Shown in pieces: positions 1 through 11,200 of a stretch of DNA of 64,000 nucleotides (the first letter of the stretch is position 1; the number at the start of each line of letters is the position of its first letter). Location of the stretch: NCBI GenBank assembly GCA_000708835.1, contig DF237094.1:1-64000 (forward strand), in the 5' to 3' direction. Position numbers and translations under genes: made by a program. Below the pieces are notes generated by a model. It searched no databases and had not been told where the DNA came from. It was given only the letters and a program-made list of their open reading frames with translations. The stretch is from Klebsormidium nitens (lineage: Eukaryota > Plantae > Klebsormidiophyceae).

Positions 1-264
1 CAAGAATACCCTGGAGAGACAAGAGACGAGCTGTTTCGGTTAAGGGGCCTGATTCTTGGAATGAACCATGTGCTCGTCAATGGTGAACACTGGCAGACTA
101 TTGTAAGTGGCGAGTCCACAATGGGTGCAAGGCTGAACTTCGAAATGCATCATGTGGGGCGTAGTCAGGTCAGCAAATGGAATCATCGAATCATGAAGTT
201 GTTCAATGATAACAGCATCAAATTGCTTCGACATATGGTTTGCTTGAAGCAGCGGGGTGACTGA
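1..264 (+). CDS. Possible 3' end of a gene entering from upstream of the window
   Basis: Frame 1 is open from base 1 to TGA at 262-264 (QEYPGETRDELFRLRGLILGMNHVLVNGEHWQTIV...). A GTAAGT donor-like site at 103 could end the exon earlier. No family recognised. Confidence 0.3.
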   Translation, partial: QEYPGETRDELFRLRGLILGMNHVLVNGEHWQTIVSGESTMGARLNFEMHHVGRSQVSKWNHRIMKLFNDNSIKLLRHMVCLKQRGD

Positions 265-1417
265 CCGGCATCAAGCCCGCTTTCGGCGGAGTATTCTATG
301 GCAGCATAGTTGCGCCACCCAAGAATGAGTTCTTGTGTTTAGATTAGTATTTGCAGCTGATTGTCATCGGCCCCAGAAACGTCCGACTCGCCTACTTACA
401 CTTTCTGCATCTGTCAATAAGTTGACTTAGAACTAAAGTGTCCTCAAACAAAAGCCTCATAGGTACTACTGTAAGCTTCAAAAAGGCATAAAGAGTATTT
501 CTGGGGTGTTGGTCATATCCGACTGATTTTCTAACTTCGCGTGTATCAATGGTTTAGTTGCATCCGACTCTCTAGTTATATACTACATGGCATGTGGCAT
601 GTCGTTGCCTTTGCACAATCCGGCTAAGAAGCGCACTGCTATGCACATCGGCACCGAGCGAGTCTGATATTGCGTGATCAGCTCTTGCGCCCTCTAACGC
701 CCCAATGTCGGAAGGCCACACGAATCCATCATTCTTAATCGCGAACGCCGCTAAGGCCTGGAGACTTTTCCCAAGTCTCCAAGGATTCCGAGAACCTCAC
801 TCATTATGCGATTGAGCACTCATTTGAGTTGTGCGACTCAGCACTGCCCTGACCATAACCCTGACGAACCTTGGTACCAACCTGTAAACCTGAGTACGAC
901 CGAGAGCGAATCTTGCCTCCCGAAAATGATTCGACCGCGGTTTGTTCACGTTCCTTGTCAGTGAGCTGACACGTGGCCCAATCAAGGACTGTCCGGATAT
1001 TCAGCCCGCACGAGACGGCCGCTGTTGCGGTACTAGGTGAAACACTGAGTCGAGTCACCAGTCACACGGCCAAATCTCCAGTATGTTGGCCCTTGAAATT
1101 GAGTCTTTGTCCCCAATTCTGACTCAAAAGATGCAGGCCTATAAAGCAAGCGACCAACTTTACTTTGAGGACTTAAAGTGAGACAGAAAGCGAAAGGAGC
1201 CAGATCCTTTGACGTTCTCAGACGCTGTCCTTCTCGCATCTAGTAAGTTTCAAGCTTGCTTTTTTTCAGCTTTCCGCTGCCCCCCGAGGCCGTCTCTGAG
1301 AGGGCCAGCAGAAGGTGGCAGTGGTCATGGCTTGTGAGGAGCCGCCAGTCTCTGCGGTCGGGCCGCTTCTTCCGCCTAGTACCGTGGCGCTTCTCTTTCT
1401 GCGGAATAAGAGTCAGT

Positions 1418-2602
1418 ATGCGCAAAGCGAAGCGTGGGAACAAGCGAGACAGCAGTCCTGCGTGGAAAGTGGCAACGCTTCTGCTGAGCGCTGCGCTCTT
1501 GGTCGTTCTCTGTTGGGCATTTTCGCAAGCTGGGCAAAGTCCTTTCACTCCAAAAGAGGCACCTGCTGAAAAGGAGTCGCGGCCTGTGAAGGAGCTGGAC
1601 CCTGCTGACGTCATCCCGACAAAAGACAAGGCCCTAGTGCCGTTGGAGAAGGAGTTGCAGCCGCCGGGAAAAAGCACGAAGCCTGCTGACGTCACCCTGA
1701 CGACAGACAAGCTCTTCCTGCCAAATCCTGCAAACATGAACTATTTCCTACGAGACACAGAGCTTTTGAATCCGCTGTTTGCCTCGCACCCCCCTCTGCG
1801 CGTCACCCGATGCCGCAGCGAGCTCAACGGCCCAAGTAACGACTTCTACCAAGTGGAGCATCCTGAGGGGTGTAACGCTAGGCCCGGGATGCGGGACAAA
1901 GCGTTACGCGAGTACAAGAAAGGGGAGCTGTTCTTCGCCATCCAGCTTCCCTGGGTCTCTTACTTTGTCTCGATCTGGGTGGCTGGTCTTTTCGTGTACG
2001 GTGTCTGGGACACGTGGCGTGCAGAAAAGTCTGCCACGCAGACGAGAAAGCAGGCAAAAAGGAACCTGCATAGCGCGTCTGATTCAGAGGATACGTCAGG
2101 CTATGGTCCACTTTACTTTCTGCTTGGCGTATTCGGGTTCGCTTTGGCGTTCTGCAACGCCATGTCGCTGTTGGTTCTTGAGACCCAGCTTCCGGTTAGC
2201 CTGCCTGACCCAGATGTATCTGGGCTTAACCAATTTCTGGCAAAATCCGGGTTATCCTTGCACCGATGTGAAGCGGGCGTGTACAACAAGTATGATTTCT
2301 ACGTCGTTGGGTTTCCGGACAGCTGTCAGCAGCTGGGAGATCCGCACGTGGGGATCTCAGACAAGGTGCGAGGAAAGATTGAAAAGGAACATGACGGTCC
2401 GGGAGGCTCAGATTTAAATATGATGGATCTAGAAGAATACCGGCCTCTTCGATTGATAGTGTTTCTGTGGTTCTTTTGGATGATTATTGCTTCGACAATC
2501 ACCGTCATTTCGTTCCCAGTGGTAGGTTTTCAGCTTTTGAAAAGTTGTGCTGAGAGAGGGGAGGTATATGCAGAAATTCAGGACGAGGATCCTCAAGTAT
2601 AG
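1418..2602 (+). CDS. Intronless multi-pass membrane protein (~394 aa, about 4 TM helices) with two internal copies of a Cys-bracketed loop motif
   Basis: Long ORF; first ATG at 1418 (MRKAKRG...), downstream of an acceptor-like TTTTTTTCAG ending at 1269. Hydrophobic spans VATLLLSAALLVVLCWAF, WVSYFVSIWVAGLFVYGVW, LYFLLGVFGFALAFCNAMSLLVL and LIVFLWFFWMIIASTITVISFPVVGF. Repeated motif RCRSELNGPSNDFYQVEHPEGC / RCEAGVYNKYDFYVVGFPDSC. Confidence 0.75.
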   Translation: MRKAKRGNKRDSSPAWKVATLLLSAALLVVLCWAFSQAGQSPFTPKEAPAEKESRPVKELDPADVIPTKDKALVPLEKELQPPGKSTKPADVTLTTDKLFLPNPANMNYFLRDTELLNPLFASHPPLRVTRCRSELNGPSNDFYQVEHPEGCNARPGMRDKALREYKKGELFFAIQLPWVSYFVSIWVAGLFVYGVWDTWRAEKSATQTRKQAKRNLHSASDSEDTSGYGPLYFLLGVFGFALAFCNAMSLLVLETQLPVSLPDPDVSGLNQFLAKSGLSLHRCEAGVYNKYDFYVVGFPDSCQQLGDPHVGISDKVRGKIEKEHDGPGGSDLNMMDLEEYRPLRLIVFLWFFWMIIASTITVISFPVVGFQLLKSCAERGEVYAEIQDEDPQV

Positions 2603-3884
2603 TGCAGCAGAATTGCAACGACAGTAGCAAGCCTTGAGGCTTCTGCCAATGTCGTTTACTTGTACTGATTTGCAGAAGAGGGTCTACTGTGACAGGTGAT
2701 GTTTCTGAATCATCACTGCCAGGCACTCTTCGTTGGTTGTTTGTTCAATCATTCCGATGCAGAACTCTCGTTCATTTGTGTATATGTGTTCGTCCACTAG
2801 GAAAGTGCACCATTGGATTTCTGAATTACATCACCCTTGGAATATGTATCAATATTGACCAAGTTCTCTCTTTAAGTGAGGCCCGTCCAACTGTGGCCGC
2901 CTGTCGAACCCGGCTAGATCAAGCAGATTTGGAGGACCAATCAGCATGTACGTTCTGCAGGACGATCTTTTCAATACCTAGGTCTCCGCTGCAAGATATT
3001 CGATAGAACATACAAATGTCATAACTTTATGCGTTTGAGGCGGAAGATGGTTGTTCGTACGTTCTGGCTTTGCTTTTTGCATGCCTGGATTTGTCACCGT
3101 CGAGACAAAATGTATGCCTCTTCTACTCATCAGCGCTCCGTTCAATCGGCATCGACGTGATCGTTCTCGCGTACTTCGAACAACCTTCACTATTTACCGA
3201 GTGTAATCATTGACGTGTGCCGCTTTGGATTGGCGTGCTTCAGGGCATCTGAGCGCACGGACTGGCTTGCAACGATGTTTCTAGAACGAAGGATGTCTTG
3301 GGCTCCTGACAACAACAATATGAACGAGGCTGATTCACATAGCCGTGGTACGTTTTTAAGTTGCACTGAGTATCTACTGATCCGTGATCTTCGCAAATGT
3401 AGTGCCGTCTGTATTGAAGTTCTCGACTTAATGTTCAAGGAAAAGACGAAACAAGTAGAAATTCATTGAAGAACTTGCAGGAGCGCCGCGTGCGCTGGCT
3501 CTTGCTTGATTTGACTTCTACGTGCAAGAACCTGGTCGAAGAGTCGCAGAATTTTCCCAAAATTTCACAGCGTTTTCACATGTGTTGCTGATCGTTTCAA
3601 TGATCTAAAATGTGTTAGGCCACGAAGTTTCAATAATGTATATGTGCAATCATGAAATCTCGCATCGAGAATCTGACAGTTGATATTGCCCGCCTGCTGC
3701 GAGGGAGTGCTCTAAGGCCCAGCTGCATGTTGAAACAAATCGAACGCGCGCGCGGCAGCGCGGCATCGCCTCCGCTAACTCCGCGTCGCGCCCGACAGGC
3801 CGACGCTACACTAGTGAATTTGAGGTCGGATCATGGATGAACGCACGCGTGAAATCAGACGCCTGGCTCACGTACGGTCAGTCA

Positions 3885-4105
3885 GAGCGGGGTCAAGGAG
3901 AATCGGTAATTTCAGGACTGGGGCCGGAGACGCTGTTGGAAGCGGTGACGTGGCGAGGTTTAGGGGCAAAACCCTGGGCTAGGCTCCATTCGGCCAATCA
4001 TGAATAGGAAGGCCCCGATCAAAACCCTAAACCTCGCCACGTCAGCCTTTCCAACAGCGTCCCCGGCCCCGGTCCTGAAATCACCGATTCTCCTTGACCC
4101 CGCTC
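3885..4105. mobile_element. Non-autonomous foldback/MITE-like element, 221 bp, with 81-bp terminal inverted repeats and a 5-bp TSD (AGTCA)
   Basis: 3885-3965 is the reverse complement of 4025-4105 with 6 mismatches in 81 bp, around a 59-bp spacer. AGTCA sits directly on both flanks (3880-3884 and 4106-4110). Termini are GAGCGG...CCGCTC. Confidence 0.75.
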
Positions 4106-5228
4106 AGTCATACACGGGCTCCGACGGACGCGGGCACGGTACTTCAACCTGAAATTTATCCTGAAGCACGCGCGTACATTCTTATCGACGGGCGCCGAAC
4201 AATTTGAAGAAGGTTTAAATTTCAATCGACGGCCGGCCATCAATGGCTTTAAGAGTGTAGATCGAATCGGTGGCCTAAGGCCCACAGATCATGTAGCCTT
4301 GTAGGACCTACCGTATATTGGTTTGGCGGACTGCTGGGCATTTGAAGTGCGGCCTGCCACAATCATTCAGTGCGAAGACTCAAGAGTCAAGACAAGTGCC
4401 CGATCTGCCCACGTGTCGACAGCGTTGCTGGGTTGTGAGCTCATTGGCTGCATCATGTCACCATCATGACAATAAACCACCTTTAGGCTTTGCACATGTG
4501 TAGGATTTATCCTACAATTCTGGACCGCGTCCAGCTGGCATGCCGCATAAGACTAGGGATACGTTTTGTCAGCTCACAATCTAGCCCTTGAAGATGACTG
4601 CTATCAATGTGGATAAACTATCGACATTGATACGTTATCGATCGCCCTGAACTTCGCGTCGAACCCTCATCAATTTGAACATCATCAAATTCTGTTCCGA
4701 TATCGATCTTTTGGCCGGGGGTCGATGGCATTGTAGCTTCTTCCGAAAAGTTCTCATGCGATTCATCATTGGTGCATTGTTGGCGATCATCAGAACGAAA
4801 AAACGGGAAGTGCTTCAACATTAGACATGGCTCATTCTCATCTTGTTGATGAGGATCGACACACTGACAGAGGGCTAGAAGAACGCAAAAAGGAATGCCG
4901 ACAATGAATAGGGTTGGAAGCTCAAGTCCTGAATCCGTGCAGAAAGTGCTCTAATACGGAAGCTGAGAGTAATGCTGCTGTTGTAAGTGTGGAGGAGGCT
5001 GCATTACGCCTGAGACGGGGCTTCTAAAGAAGGCCCTCCAGCTTGAGCCAAGGTGGCGGCGCGCCCTTCTGAAACAGCATAAAATACTTCTGCTCCGATC
5101 GCCTCCTGGAGCTTTGAAAGGAACATCTCCGAGTGAGAATCACCAATTGGGCATAGTAGCTTGACGTATTAAATTTAAGTTTGTACATCGAATATTTGAG
5201 TGGCTATCTGAAAGGACTGCACATCGCA

Positions 5229-8200
5229 ATGGGGGCTCCCCGCAGGCGGTCCCTGGCCGGCCAGACCGTCAGTGTTGCCGTGTCCGAATCTGGCGTCTTG
5301 GACGAGACTGCCGTCCAAGAAAAACAAACCCGGCCCCAGCTTGGGATCAGCGTCGCGCTTGCGACGTCTCTCACTATTTTCGCACTGCTAGTTATCCTTG
5401 CATACTTCACAAAACCGGAGCACACTAAATTGGAGGAGGGGCAGCTTTTGAGGGAGAGTCGCTTGGCTGGGGGAGAAACCGATGGTGCGCAGAGGCGGGA
5501 GTTGAGGATGCGGTTAAGCGGCAATGTGGAGGGGTTAGGGCACCAATTAGCGGCTAACCCGGTGGTTAACGACCTCCTGGGGGGGGGCTCGAGCAGCGGT
5601 ATTGCTGCACCGATTGACGCCACCTTAACCCAAGTTAACCAGGGGAGCGTGGAAGATGCGGAGAAAGGCATGGTTAAGGAGGCTTTGGTGGATCTAACCC
5701 TGCCACCAACTTTCGAAACTAACTTCGCTTCTGGCGAAACCCCCAGTGCAATGCTGCCTAACAAGATTCTTGACCTGTTCACAGACCAGCCCGCCGGATA
5801 CATTCCGGGGGAGCTCCTTCCCCAGTCTTACGTCCCGGGGGGGGCTGTTCCAAACCTGTTCAACCTCCCCCCGTTCCCGTTATATACCCCCCCGGCAAAA
5901 AGTCTCGCCTCAAGGCTGGCTGAGGCGCTTCATGGGTCATCTGACGTCCCATCGTCTCTCAAAGCTCAGGCGGCGATGCTGATTTTAGAGCAGTTCATTC
6001 CAAAGCGGCTGTCGGACTTGCCCCTGTTTCACGGTCAGAGTGTGAAAATCCCGGGGCTGCCTGCGGTGAGCCTGCCCAAGCTGGACGTGGAGAGTATTTA
6101 CACCTTGGTCGTCAAGGCGCAGGAGGCCAGGGAAGATCTGTTGGGTTTCGTGATCCAGGAGACTCTCGCGAGGGTGCTGCCAATTGAGAACTACCGGAGC
6201 ATCATCACAGCCGTCGAGTAAGTGCGCTTTGCTGACGTGGGCTTTTTCTCACGCATGGGGAAATTTTTGACGGACGAGGGTGTGCGTATAAGAAAGAAAA
6301 CAATCAGGTTCAAGATGGACGGCAAGCTGCAATCCCGCGATAATGAACCCTCGTTTAAGGGAAGAACCGTCTCAAACTTGGGTGTAGAAGCATGCGAGAT
6401 CATCTCAAGGGGTCAATAGAAGTCAATCGATTGTACAAGCGTGCGAAAGTACATGCTCGCTTGTTGGTTCAGTTACTGCACTCACGGTCTCTCCGCTGAT
6501 GCATTCCCTACTGCTGACAGCTAATATAAGCGACGCCATACTTTGTACAGTATTTGGCCCTTCTGCGGACTACATACTGAGCTCGTGAAGCTATCTTTTC
6601 TATCATAATATATGTCCTGCTTTGCTGGCATTCTCCGCCCTTCTGGCAAGATTCAACCCTCTGCTCGATACCGCATCACTTGGTTGCCGTTTTTCCTTCT
6701 CTCCTCCTTCGTTTCAAAGTCACTGAAACGAAGGAGGAGACTTGATTTGTATCAGTCCGACAGGCCACTTTGTCCGCATCAAAGGCCCTTCAACAACTTC
6801 GAATGTCTCACATACTGCAAAACTCGTCATACAGGTGTTCAGCTGAGCAGATGGTTGTCCACGCTCTAGACACGACGCCCCTTCTCAGCTGGCCGGTCGG
6901 AGCTCTCCTCATCGGCGACTCTGAGTGGGGCTGCGCCAATTTTACCGGGGGCTCGGGCCCCTTCTACCGGGCGATCAAGAGCGTGGCGACTGCAGCGGGC
7001 AATTCCGTCATTATTACTTTTGAGAAAGGTAGTTAGTCCGCTGCTCATCGATTTGTTTACTTCCGGAACTGAGTTGCAGAATACGTTAACCCAGCTTGCT
7101 TGTCATGCGCTATGAGGAACGGCGATCAAGAGCATGGCGACTGCAGCGGGCAGTTCCGTCGTTGTCACCTGAGAAAGGTAAGATTTCTTTGCTCAGGGAG
7201 TCGTATGTTTGCGAGAATGAGTTGCGGGAACACGTTAACCCAGGTCGCCTTTCGTGCCTTAGTCAGAACGACGATCAAGAGCCTGGCAACCGCAGCCGGC
7301 GGTGCCTAAGTGCCGTCGTTGTAACCTGTGAAAAAGGTAGTTGCCAGCTGCTTATCAGATTCTAACCTGCAGACACGAGGTGCGAAAGAAGTTGACTCGG
7401 TCTGCTTGTCATATGCGCTAGTTGGAAGGCGCATCAAGCAAGCCTCCGAAAAATTTGCCAGGGCAGAGGGACAAGTGAAGGCAGCAAGTCCCGTTCTGTC
7501 CAGATTTTCTCGTTCGGATTGAAGTTGCCGCTTTCAAAACTGATTGCCTTGGATCCTTCGCAACGGCATGCTCTTGTCGCCAGACAATGAGCCCTTGAGG
7601 TGAGTACCGCCCCGTGAACTCCCTGTTCTTCCGATGCAATTTCAGCTTGCTTAAAGCTGCCGTTGCTTCCCTCCGTAAACGCGTAGATGAGTGTACGAGG
7701 CCTTCTTAGAAGACGGATCACCTTTCCCGAAGAACAAACTCAGGACTCTAGAACTAAAACGAACCCAGATTGATTGCGTGCTAAGACCAGACTTTGGTTT
7801 CCGCATAGATGCGACGCACATTCTGAGAGATCTCAACTTGCCGGACCCCTCCCAAGCCGTCGGCCCCGCGGCCGCGGTCGCGCGCGAGCTACTCCACTGC
7901 ACCACCCAAGCCTTCGACGCGCTGCCCATCGACTTCGACAAACTCGCTTCCGAATGTTCCGTCGTCGAATCTGACTGCCTCGCCGGCGCGATTCCGCTGG
8001 GCGCGAGATGCGCGTCGGCGATCCAGAGCGCGGCATATGCCGCGGCCGGGCCCGCGAGCACGCTCGTCGGCGTAGCGAAGTGCGCGCAGGTGGTGACAGC
8101 TGTCCTCGCGCAGGAGCACGCGGGGCGGCTGTTCACGGAGGGAGCTGTGATGGGCTGCGGCGTGCTTCAAAACGTGAGAGTTATGAATACCTCGCATGAT

Positions 8201-11200
8201 GTCTCTTGACGTTGGCTCAGCTCGCGGGGGAGAGTATTGAGGTTTGCTAGACTTTGTCATGCCGTTTGGTCTTTCGGTTTCGGAAAAATGGAATCTAAGC
8301 TGAGCGGCTACCCCTGATCAGAACGCCACCCGTGGTGACTGTGGCAAGGGTCTGTCTTTGTCTTCTCACAACGCGGTCGTTGTTCGTGGCGACGCATTGC
8401 TCCTTCTTCAACTAACAAGAATCTTACGGAAATTGTCTGAATATCGTTCGGAGCCTTTGTCGGTAATATGTTAGCTTCTTCTGACTTGATTTTCGGACAC
8501 CTGTCACTTTCAGAAACACCTCAATTCTAAAACCACGGCCGCCCGCACGGAAGGATACAGTATGTTTCCAATCGAAACAACTCGCTGGAACCGGGAAGGA
8601 GAGACGAAAGTATATCCAAAATCAGTGACTCAGATCCGTTGTTTTGAAGCAGTGTCTGCGCAAAGCAATCCTTCAATTTGATTAAGAATCCGTCCGTTTC
8701 TTCTCAGGCATTTGCCCCGGGCAACGACTCCCTCAGCCAATGCATATCTGGGTTCAACTTCACCGCCCTCGACGAGACCCAGTACGCGCAGCACGCGCGC
8801 GCATGCCAGGACGACTCCTCGGCCGCCACGTGTTGCGCCAGCGTCCAAGCGGTCGCGTCCAAACTCCTGGCGGCAAACCCGGAGCAAGCGTCCGCAGTGC
8901 TTACGGACGCGGTACTCAGCGAGGGGTGTACGCACGCGCTGAAGGTTCGGATGGGGCTGACCAACCAGAGCTTGGAGGTGAGGGGGCCGGGCGACAGATT
9001 TTGCCGTTTTCTCGCGCTACGAGTAAGCTCAATTGCTTGTATCAGCATCTGGAAAGTGATATCCGTCGGTCGCTTCATAGAAAGACAATTTGGGGATGGG
9101 CTTATATGCCAGCTCTGCTTTTGCCCCTCGACAGATTTCCCGCTTTGCTTTCCTGATTATGGAGCATCGAGCTTCAAAAATTCAGGTTTAAACGGCAGAT
9201 TCAGGGACACTGCTTTGCCAACGATTGCCCAACCACCGTTACCTGCGGGAACAACAAATACCAAAACCCAAAGCTGTGAATGCATACTTAGGAGTCAGAC
9301 AGTCTGTCAGCCTAAAAACATTCATCAGAGAAGTGGAGCACATCTTTGTAGCGAACGAACGTTTCACGGGACGTTTGCTAGGTGTTCGTCCCTGTCCGGA
9401 GGCTCTCTCTAAACCAGCCTTCTGAACCGTTCCGCAGCATTGTTCTGCCGTCTTTCCCACCATCGAGACGCTCCTAGAGGGCATCCAGTGCGCCGGAAAA
9501 AGTGCCGCCCAGGTGGCGAAGACGTTCGACGCCGGCAAAATTGCCGTGGCGTGTGCACCGCTTGCCGGCGCGAGCGCTTCTTGCGGCGAAGAGATTGCGA
9601 AGGCTGCAAAGGAACTCGCCGGAGGTGACAGCTCAGAGGTGAGAAAGCGGAATATCTGGAAGAACCTATTTTGAGCAAAAGCTGTCTTCGCTGTCTAAAG
9701 AGTGCTCCCGATTTCTTGATGGTTCCTTGTGCATGACTTTGAGCATCCGTTTAGAACCAGAAACGTTATTTGTGAACAATAATAGGCTCCTACCATTAGT
9801 CTTTATCAGATGTATTTCGGGGCAAGAGGTCCAGGATTTATCGTAGTTACGGCAGCGTAAGCGGACAGAGGCGAGGAGGCGGTAATAATGGACGAAAAAA
9901 GAGAACAATGTAGACCCGCTGATTGAATTACCTTCATCTTCGACGCATTTTGGCCTAAGGGGTTATGCAGTTTCCGTATCGATGTGAAACTTCAGGTGAT
10001 CGGCTTGGAGATTCAAGCCTCTGCTTTAATCTTCTCATTCTGGCCGATCCAAAGCCTCTCCTTTTCCTGCAGGGCTGCGAAGCGGCCGTCGTGATGAACC
10101 TTTTCGCGAACCACTTTGACGTGGCGTTCTTTGCGCTAGCTCAGGTAAGACCTCTCGTTGCGACCTTCGTTGCGCGGGAGATTTTCTTGACTGCCCATCC
10201 GCGCTTCTTTGCGAGGGGGCCATGAAGGCATCCACATTTCGCTTACATGGTCGGAAGCAGAGAACTGATCCTCCGGATTTTTTAAGTGGATTACTGGAAA
10301 GCCAAGCTCAAACCATGTAATTATTGGTAAGATGGTCTTTCCGAACACTGCAGTCAAAGGCATAAACTTCAACCTCCTTTGCAGGTTCCGGGAGCCGCTA
10401 CTATTGGCGCCTCGCTTCCATGGCTGAACCAGCTGAAAGACCAAGTCGCTCAGATTCCCTACACCGTTTCGTCTTTCCCCTCGCTCTACAAAGCAGCTTT
10501 GGGCGACCTCTCTCAAACCCTAAACCTCAAAACCCTTTCGGACGCTCTCGCCGGTTGGGACTCCGCGGACGTCCGAACCCTGTCCGCGGCGTTCGCGCGC
10601 GTGCCCGCGCCCCTGCGCTCCGCGGCCGCCGCGCGCATCGCGCGCGCGCTGAACCGCGGAACGGGTTTCGCGTCAGCGGCCTACAGCATCGCTTTGGACG
10701 CCCAAGCCCTGGCGGGTTTGATCGCGGGTTACCCGACCCTCCCTAACGGCCTTCCTAACCTGCGATTAAGCCCGGAAACCCTGCTGTTACTGGCGCCGTT
10801 TCTCCCTAATCGAATGCCGGCTATGGCTGAAGAGGGGCTTCCCTTAAACCCGGAAATCCTAACCGCACTCTCCGAAGCTTATCACAGCCTTCCCCATGGA
10901 CTCCCCGCTCTAACCGTTGACGCCGTAACCATGGGTTTTCTCAGTGGTTATCTTCCTAACCTTCCCCTAGAGCTTCTATCGGGCTCCGTACCCCCGCTGC
11001 TGTTCGGCGAGGTCTTCCTGGCGGAGGTTTTGAAAACGGGTTTGCCAAACCTGGATCATAACCAGATTGCGGACTTCTTAAAGAAAGCCCTCCCAAACCT
11101 GCCGGTAGAACCGGAGACACTGATGGAAATGGCTAAGGAGCAGTTTCCTAACGGCGTAAACCCGAAGACGATCCGTTCCTTGTTGACGAAGAAGCTGTCC

